From: Candidatus Nomurabacteria bacterium
GTDB lineage: Bacteria > Patescibacteriota > Minisyncoccia > Phycocordibacterales > UBA9973
Assembly: GCA_023267435.1 (NCBI GenBank)
Contig: JAHFNH010000002.1
Coordinates: forward strand, 4,219 to 68,218
Direction: 5' to 3'
Length of the DNA: 64,000 nucleotides
Shown in pieces: positions 58,063 through 64,000 of the stretch. A program made the translations under genes and the position numbers. Numbering within the stretch: position 1 is the stretch's first letter; every line of letters begins with the position of its first letter. The notes under the pieces were generated by a model. The model was given only the letters and a program-made list of their open reading frames with translations. It was not told the DNA's origin and searched no databases.

Positions 58063-58923
58063 ATGGAAATAAGAAAATTATCAAAAGATAAATTTCCGAA
58101 GGCCTTGTTAGAAATTCCTCAGCCTCCCGAGGATCTTTGGATTATAGGAGATTTACCCGACCAAGACCTTATTTATTTATGCGTCGTCGGTTCTCGTAAA
58201 TTTACTTCGTATGGAAAAGAAGTATGTGAAAAATTAGTGGCGGGTTTGAAAGGCTACCCGATAGCAATTGTCTCCGGTTTTGCGATGGGCATCGATACTA
58301 TTGCTCATAAGAAAGCGATGGAAGTCGGACTCAAAACTTTAGTTTTCCCTGGTTCCGGACTTTCGAAAGAAGCGATGTATCCGAAAACAAATGTTCAGCT
58401 GATGGAGGAAGTCGTTAGAAATGGCGGATGCTTGATTTCAGAATTTGAACCAGACTTCAAAGCAACGCAGTGGAGCTTCCCAATGCGCAACAGACTTATG
58501 GCGGGTATTTCTAAAGCTGTGCTTGTGATAGAGGCTGAAGAAAAATCCGGCACGCTCATCACTGCTCGCCTCACTACCGAATACAATCGTGATCTACTCG
58601 CAGTGCCAGGATCAATTTATTCTCCAAATTCAAAAGGAACAAATAGATTAATCCGCCAAGGCGCGACACCGATAACTTGCGTGGAAGATGTTTTAGAAGC
58701 ACTCGGTTTCGAATTAGAAAAAGATGAAGACAAGCAGATGAAACTCTTTGCGGATTTATCTCCAGAAGAAAAAAAGGTTATTGAATTATTGCGTGAACCA
58801 ATAGAAAGAGATGAATTAGTCAGAGCAATGAAAATGCAAATCTCCGCCGCGAATTCCCTGCTTTCCGTAATGGAAATAAAAGGACTCATAAAAGAAGAAT
58901 TAGGAGAAATTCGATTGGCGTAA
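58063..58923 (+). CDS. dprA: DNA processing protein DprA (Smf)
   Basis: 'VVGSRKFTSYG...IVSGFAMGIDTIAHK...FPMRNRLMAGIS...VIEAEEKSGTLITA' is the DprA Rossmann signature. Confidence 0.8.
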   Translation: MEIRKLSKDKFPKALLEIPQPPEDLWIIGDLPDQDLIYLCVVGSRKFTSYGKEVCEKLVAGLKGYPIAIVSGFAMGIDTIAHKKAMEVGLKTLVFPGSGLSKEAMYPKTNVQLMEEVVRNGGCLISEFEPDFKATQWSFPMRNRLMAGISKAVLVIEAEEKSGTLITARLTTEYNRDLLAVPGSIYSPNSKGTNRLIRQGATPITCVEDVLEALGFELEKDEDKQMKLFADLSPEEKKVIELLREPIERDELVRAMKMQISAANSLLSVMEIKGLIKEELGEIRLA

Positions 58924-59086
58924 TTTGCCAAAAAATTATGTTTCGTGTAATACTGGTACTTAATGAATCCCGTTAGAAGCCGCGGTCGCAGTTTTAAACG
59001 GTATTTAATTAAGAGATTATTATTTTAAATTAAATTATTAGCAGATAAAGGTTTTTAAAAAAGACCGCGACCTGCTTCTAAACGGG

Positions 59087-61294
59087 ATGAAACTATTAAT
59101 TGTGGAATCACCTTCAAAAGCAAAGACTATTGAGAAATATCTCGATGGCGCATTTACCGTGCGCGCATCTGTCGGACATATTCGCGATTTACCAAAATCA
59201 AATAAACTTGCTATTGATATTCCCGCTGGATTCGTGCCTCATTATGAAATATCAAAAGGTAAAGAAAAAGTCGTCCACGAACTCCAAAGCCTCGCAGAAA
59301 AAGCAACAGAAATAATGTTGGCGACAGACCCCGACCGCGAAGGAGAAGCTATCGCTTGGCATATCGAAGAATTATTGAAACAAGATAAAAAAGTAAAAGC
59401 TCCGATGCAACGCGTGGCTTTTCATGAAATCACTAAAGAAGCCGTGGAAGAAGCTTTGAAGCACCCTCGTGCAATAGATACTGATTTACGCAAAGCTCAA
59501 GAAGCTCGCAGAGTACTAGACAGGCTCGTGGGTTATGATTTGTCAGGTTTAATTTGGAAAAAAGTTCGCTACGGACTTTCAGCAGGACGCGTGCAATCCC
59601 CAGCTCTCCGCATAATCATGGAACGCGAAAGAGAAATTCGCGCATTTATTCCAGAAAAATATTGGAGACTCTACGGACTTTTTGAAACTCTAAAAAAAGA
59701 AAAAATATCTTTAGAATGTTCCAAAGAACCAAGAGACAAAGAACTTGTTGATAAAATTCTTCATGAAGGCAAGAATGGTAATTGGAAAATTTCTGGAGTA
59801 AAAGAATCAGAACAAAAGCGTTCACCTCGTGCGCCTTTTACCACTTCCACTTTGCAACAGACAGCGAGTTCTCGTCTGGGATACTCACCTTCTCGCACAA
59901 TGCAAATAGCGCAGAAGCTTTATGAAGCTGGACATATCACATACATGAGAACAGATAGTACAAATTTGTCTGTAGCAGCTCAAACACAAATCGTCGCACT
60001 GATTGAAAAAGAATACGGTGGAAAATATGCGGAAGCGAGAGTTTATAAAACAAAATCAAAAAATGCGCAGGAAGCTCACGAAGCTATTCGTCCAACACAT
60101 GTCGAACATTTTGAAGCTGGTAGTGATGATCAACAAAAACTTTATAGACTTATCTGGGAACGTGCAGTTTCTTCACAGATGACTGATGCGAAACTTTTAA
60201 AAACAAAAGTCACCGCAAATATCGAAAGTCACGAAGACTTGCCTGATTTTTCCATTGTCGGCTCAAGAGTTCTTTTTTCTGGCTGGCTCGAAGTAGACAA
60301 AGATGCGCGCGGAGATGATGTAGAACTTCCAGAAGTAAAAGAAGGTGAAAAATTAAAACTGTTGGAATTATTAAGTGAAGAGAAATTTACCGAACCACCA
60401 AACAGATATTCTGAAGCAGGACTTGTGAAAGAACTAGAATCCCGTGATATCGGTAGACCTTCGACTTACGCTGCTATTATGCGCACTTTGGAAGACAGAG
60501 AATATGTTCGAAAAGAAGGTAAGACATTATTCCCGACTGATACCGGTGAAGTCGTCTCTGATTTCTTGGAAAATAATTTCCCTACATATATTTCAGATAC
60601 ATTCACCGCAGAGATGGAAGATAAACTCGATGAAATTTCTCGTGGTGAACGCGAATATGAAAAAACATTGAAAGATTTCTATGGTCCATTCTTAAAAGAA
60701 GTTAAAGAAAAAGATAAACTAGAAAAAGCGACAAATCTCGGTGAAGCACCGGAAGATATAAAATGTCCAAAGTGTGGAGGTAAAATGATAATAAAATTAT
60801 CAAAAAATGGTAAATTTTATTCTTGTGCAAATTATCCAGATTGTGAAGGAGCATTGAAACTAGATGGTACGGAAATGGCTGGTCCAAAAGAAACTGGTGA
60901 AATGTGTCCAAAATGCGGAGATAAAAAAGGAAAATCTGGTGGAGGAAAACTTGTTGTGCGAGAAGGTAAATTCGGCACATTCATCTCCTGCTCTCGTTAT
61001 CCAAAATGTAAATTTATCAAACAAGATGAAGAAGAAGTAAAAAGAAAAATGACTGATGTCACCTGTCCAACTTGTAAAAATGGCAAGATGATGGAACGCC
61101 GCGGAAGATTTGGAATATTTTATTCTTGTTCCAATTACCCTGATTGTAAAAATGCTATAAAAGCAAAACCCACCGGCCGCATCTGCGAACTCTGCCAATC
61201 GCTCATGATGGAAGGCACAAAAACAATTCCTGAGCGTTGTTCAAACAAAGCTTGCAAGAATCACAATCCACATAAACTAAATAAAATGGAATAA
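59087..61294 (+). CDS. topA: DNA topoisomerase I
   Basis: Toprim N-terminus 'LLIVESPSKAKTIEKYLDG...VGHIRDLP', the active-site Tyr region, and three C-terminal C4 zinc ribbons. Confidence 0.9.
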   Translation: MKLLIVESPSKAKTIEKYLDGAFTVRASVGHIRDLPKSNKLAIDIPAGFVPHYEISKGKEKVVHELQSLAEKATEIMLATDPDREGEAIAWHIEELLKQDKKVKAPMQRVAFHEITKEAVEEALKHPRAIDTDLRKAQEARRVLDRLVGYDLSGLIWKKVRYGLSAGRVQSPALRIIMEREREIRAFIPEKYWRLYGLFETLKKEKISLECSKEPRDKELVDKILHEGKNGNWKISGVKESEQKRSPRAPFTTSTLQQTASSRLGYSPSRTMQIAQKLYEAGHITYMRTDSTNLSVAAQTQIVALIEKEYGGKYAEARVYKTKSKNAQEAHEAIRPTHVEHFEAGSDDQQKLYRLIWERAVSSQMTDAKLLKTKVTANIESHEDLPDFSIVGSRVLFSGWLEVDKDARGDDVELPEVKEGEKLKLLELLSEEKFTEPPNRYSEAGLVKELESRDIGRPSTYAAIMRTLEDREYVRKEGKTLFPTDTGEVVSDFLENNFPTYISDTFTAEMEDKLDEISRGEREYEKTLKDFYGPFLKEVKEKDKLEKATNLGEAPEDIKCPKCGGKMIIKLSKNGKFYSCANYPDCEGALKLDGTEMAGPKETGEMCPKCGDKKGKSGGGKLVVREGKFGTFISCSRYPKCKFIKQDEEEVKRKMTDVTCPTCKNGKMMERRGRFGIFYSCSNYPDCKNAIKAKPTGRICELCQSLMMEGTKTIPERCSNKACKNHNPHKLNKME

Positions 61295-61368
61295 AAAAGT
61301 GTCCCCTAAAGGGACTGCGATTTCTACAATCTTTGAAGATTAAGAAATCGGGAGTATAATATCTATCT

Positions 61369-62838
61369 ATGACAGACGTAAAGCAAATATTTAATTCAAT
61401 ACAAGGAAAAGTTCCAAAGAAAGACGAGGAGCTAATCATTAAAGCTTACGAATTTTCTAAAAAAGCACATGAAGGACAGAAACGAATGAGTGGTGAACCA
61501 TATTTCATTCACGTTTTTGAAACTGCGAAACTTATTGCGAAGCTCGGCATGGATGCCAAGACTATTGCGGCTGGACTTTTGCACGATGTATTAGAAGATA
61601 CACTCATAAAAGAATCTGAAATGGAAAAAGAATTCGGAAAAGATATCGTCTTCTTGGTAAGGGGTGTGACGAAACTCGGAACCTTAAAATATCGCGGACA
61701 TGAAAGACATGTAGAGAGTCTGCGTAAATTTTTCGTTGCTATAGCAAACGACCTCCGTGTAGTTATCATAAAATTCGCTGATAGAATGCACAATCTCAGT
61801 ACACTGCAACACGTACGAGAAGATAAAAGAAAAAGAATAGCCATAGAATCAATCGAGGTTTACGCTCCCCTGGCGAATCGTCTCGGAATGGGAAAATTAA
61901 AAGGTGAAATAGAAGACGCGGCTTTTCCTTACGCTTATCCGGAAGAATACGCACAAGTAGAAGAATTGATAAAAGGAAAAAAAGAATTGTATGAAAAATA
62001 TTTAACTGAAGTCCGCAATGATCTCGAAAAAGAATTAAAGAAAAATAAAATAAAATATGTCGAGATTGATTACCGAATGAAGCATAAATACAGTCTTTAC
62101 AAAAAACTTGTTCAGCATGATATGGATATAGATAAGATTTATGACATCGTCGCTTTGCGCGTCGTTGTGGAGACTGTCGAAGATTGTTATCGAGTTCTTG
62201 GTTTAGTGCATTCTATATGGAAACCACTACCAGGTAGAATTAAAGATTATATTGCAGTACCAAAACCAAACGGTTATCGTTCGATTCATACCACTATCTT
62301 TACTGGTTCCGGTGGAATTGCCGAGATACAAATACGAACGAGAGAAATGCATGCTGAAGCGGCTTATGGTATCGCTGCGCACTTCGCATACAAAGAACAA
62401 GGCGATAAAAAAGCCCAAGATGATAAATCGAAATTTAAGTGGATTAAAGATCTGAAAGATTTAAAACATATTCCGGAAGATCCATCGAAGTTTATTGAGA
62501 ATTTAAAAATGGACGTTTTTAATGATCGCATCTTCGTTTTCACTCCCGAAGGAGATGTTGTAGATTTACCAGAAGGCTCTAGCCCGATTGATTTCGCTTA
62601 TACAATTCATTCCGATATAGGAAATCATATTGCAAGCGCAAAAGTAAGCGGTAAAATGACACCAATCAGTACGAAATTGCACAATGGCGATATTGTAGAA
62701 ATAGTAACCAAAAAAGACGCTCACCCATCAAATAAATGGCTGGAGTATACTAAGACAACCTTAGCGAAAAAACATATTAGAATCTACGGTGAAAAACATA
62801 GTCTGCTTTCTATTTTGAAATCTTTCGGTCAAAAATAA
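61369..62838 (+). CDS. rel: Short RelA/SpoT-homolog (p)ppGpp synthetase/hydrolase (HD + synthetase + TGS)
   Basis: HD motif 'LLHDVLEDT', synthetase motif 'GYRSIHTTI', and a TGS domain at the C-terminus. There is no ACT domain. Confidence 0.85.
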   Translation: MTDVKQIFNSIQGKVPKKDEELIIKAYEFSKKAHEGQKRMSGEPYFIHVFETAKLIAKLGMDAKTIAAGLLHDVLEDTLIKESEMEKEFGKDIVFLVRGVTKLGTLKYRGHERHVESLRKFFVAIANDLRVVIIKFADRMHNLSTLQHVREDKRKRIAIESIEVYAPLANRLGMGKLKGEIEDAAFPYAYPEEYAQVEELIKGKKELYEKYLTEVRNDLEKELKKNKIKYVEIDYRMKHKYSLYKKLVQHDMDIDKIYDIVALRVVVETVEDCYRVLGLVHSIWKPLPGRIKDYIAVPKPNGYRSIHTTIFTGSGGIAEIQIRTREMHAEAAYGIAAHFAYKEQGDKKAQDDKSKFKWIKDLKDLKHIPEDPSKFIENLKMDVFNDRIFVFTPEGDVVDLPEGSSPIDFAYTIHSDIGNHIASAKVSGKMTPISTKLHNGDIVEIVTKKDAHPSNKWLEYTKTTLAKKHIRIYGEKHSLLSILKSFGQK

Positions 62839-62841
62839 ATT

Positions 62842-63834
62842 TTAGACACTAAAATTAGAAATATCGTAGAGATTCGCGTCGTCACTTTCTATTTCATCTT
62901 TTGTTCGATCATCAATAGGCGCTTCTAGTTTTTCTTCTGATGAAGTTTCTGAGGCAGGAACATTTTGAGCAATATAATTCTCAAGCATCTGCTCAGGCAT
63001 TTTTTGTGCACCTGTCTTGTTTATTAAATCTAAAATAGCTCGCAAATCTTCCGTTGAAAAGAAATCGATTTTAATCTGCCCGCCTAATTCTTTTCGGTCT
63101 ATATGCACGCGAGTGCCGAGTTTGTCTTGAAATTCTTCTTCGAGTTCGGTTATTTCCGGATCAGGCATAAACTCTTTCTTGCGAACACGATCAAAGGCTA
63201 TTTTTCTAGCCAATCTTTCCGCTTCACGCACGGTTATCTTTTTGAATAATATTTCTTTAAACAAAACGATCTGTTCTTCTGGATGATCTGCAAGCATCAA
63301 TATCGGTCGAGTATGTCCTTCGGTAATTCTGCCTTCAGAAAGAGCGTCAAGAATTTCATTTGGTAATGAAAGTATGCGCAGTGAGTTTGAAACATATTCT
63401 CGACTGCGTCCCATTTTTTTAGCAATTTCATTATGAGTAAATTTAAATTCACTCGCTAAGCGAAAAAAAGCTCTAGCGCGATCAACAGAATTCAAATCCT
63501 CGCGTTGCAAGTTTTCTATAATAGCAAGCTCAAGCTTCATCATAGAAGTATCACCTGTTCTTATGATCGCTGGCACTTGAGCGACTCCAGCGATCTTGGC
63601 AGCACGCAGTCTGCGTTCTCCGGCAATGAGTTCATATTCAGTCACAAGTCCTCCGTCTTCTTTTTCCACTTCCATGCGAGAAACTGTCAGTGGCTGAAGC
63701 ACTCCATATTGTTTTATAGAATCAGCCAAATCTTGAAGACGCGCTTCTTCGAATTCCCTTCTTGGTTGGTAAGGGTTTGGTTTAATTTTGTCTGTGTCGA
63801 TCCAGAAAATTGAATTGGAATAAATGTTAGACAT
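62842..63834 (-). CDS. parB: ParB/Spo0J-family partition protein
   Basis: ParB N-terminal box 'KIKPNPYQPRREF...VLQPLTV' and HTH 'FTHNEIAKKMGRSREYVSNSLRIL'. Confidence 0.75.
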   Translation of the reverse strand: MSNIYSNSIFWIDTDKIKPNPYQPRREFEEARLQDLADSIKQYGVLQPLTVSRMEVEKEDGGLVTEYELIAGERRLRAAKIAGVAQVPAIIRTGDTSMMKLELAIIENLQREDLNSVDRARAFFRLASEFKFTHNEIAKKMGRSREYVSNSLRILSLPNEILDALSEGRITEGHTRPILMLADHPEEQIVLFKEILFKKITVREAERLARKIAFDRVRKKEFMPDPEITELEEEFQDKLGTRVHIDRKELGGQIKIDFFSTEDLRAILDLINKTGAQKMPEQMLENYIAQNVPASETSSEEKLEAPIDDRTKDEIESDDANLYDISNFSV

Positions 63835-63908
63835 GGCACTATTTTAGCATATTTTTAAAAAGTAAAAAATTGATTTTGTGATTAATTTAGGGTAAAATTC
63901 TGTTTAAT

Positions 63909-63992
63909 GCCCAGATGGCGGAATTGGTAGACGCGATGGACTCAAAATCCATTGATGGCAACATCATGAGAGTTCGATTCTCTCTCTGGGCA
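63909..63992 (+). tRNA. tRNA-Leu (anticodon CAA), class II with long variable arm
   Basis: Acceptor GCCCAGA/TCTGGGC, anticodon stem ATGGA/TCCAT with loop CTCAAAA, variable arm GATG...CATC, T-arm GAGAG-TTCGATT-CTCTC. Confidence 0.8.
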
Positions 63993-64000
63993 CATATTAT

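Noticed and set aside
1-64000. CRISPR arrays, rRNA genes, IS/transposase genes
   Set aside because: I saw no regularly spaced direct repeats, no rRNA-like conserved blocks, and no transposase or integrase motifs (DDE, tyrosine recombinase R..H..R..Y) while reading through.

Overview
The window is AT-rich and compact, and reads like a small-genome bacterium, plausibly Candidate Phyla Radiation/Patescibacteria; that assignment is inference only, from short dnaX and Rel homologues, an abundant type IV pilus locus, many ORFans and low GC. The first ~33 kb and the last ~10 kb are core. They hold CorA and rplU; recR and dnaB; trpS, aspS and scpAB; a dcw-like block (dacA-like, mraY, ftsW, murG); gltX and an EnvC-like M23 peptidase; rpmA, rplI and ctpA; PBP2; a complete type IV pilus module (pilin, PilX-like, three pseudopilins, pilC, pilB); a MarR–HlyD–HlyD–MFS efflux operon; then dnaX, dus, ftsQ, serS, dprA, topA, rel, parB, and tRNA-Gln(UUG) and tRNA-Leu(CAA). 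Positions ~33.3–53.6 kb look like an accessory island that ends beside tRNA-Gln. It carries about 25 mostly ORFan genes, almost every one with its own intrinsic terminator, interspersed with a few recognisable enzymes (HI0933-type flavoprotein, SAM methyltransferase, peroxiredoxin, glutamate dehydrogenase, P-type ATPase, SDR, SPFH/stomatin, J-domain protein). The most distinctive signal is a palindromic -35 element, TTGACNNGTCAA, repeated five times. At four sites it serves as a shared -35 for back-to-back divergent promoters, with conserved 5' leaders on both sides, so the island is organised as a tandem array of divergent two-gene cassettes closed by bidirectional terminators. Other notable points: a GIY-YIG gene sits between an intact tRNA-Gln and a degenerate half-copy of that tRNA carrying a GC-rich nested hairpin; three small membrane paralogs lie in tandem; a long GC-armed inverted repeat covers the topA start codon; and a promoter module is duplicated before dprA and rel. 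No CRISPR array and no rRNA were seen.
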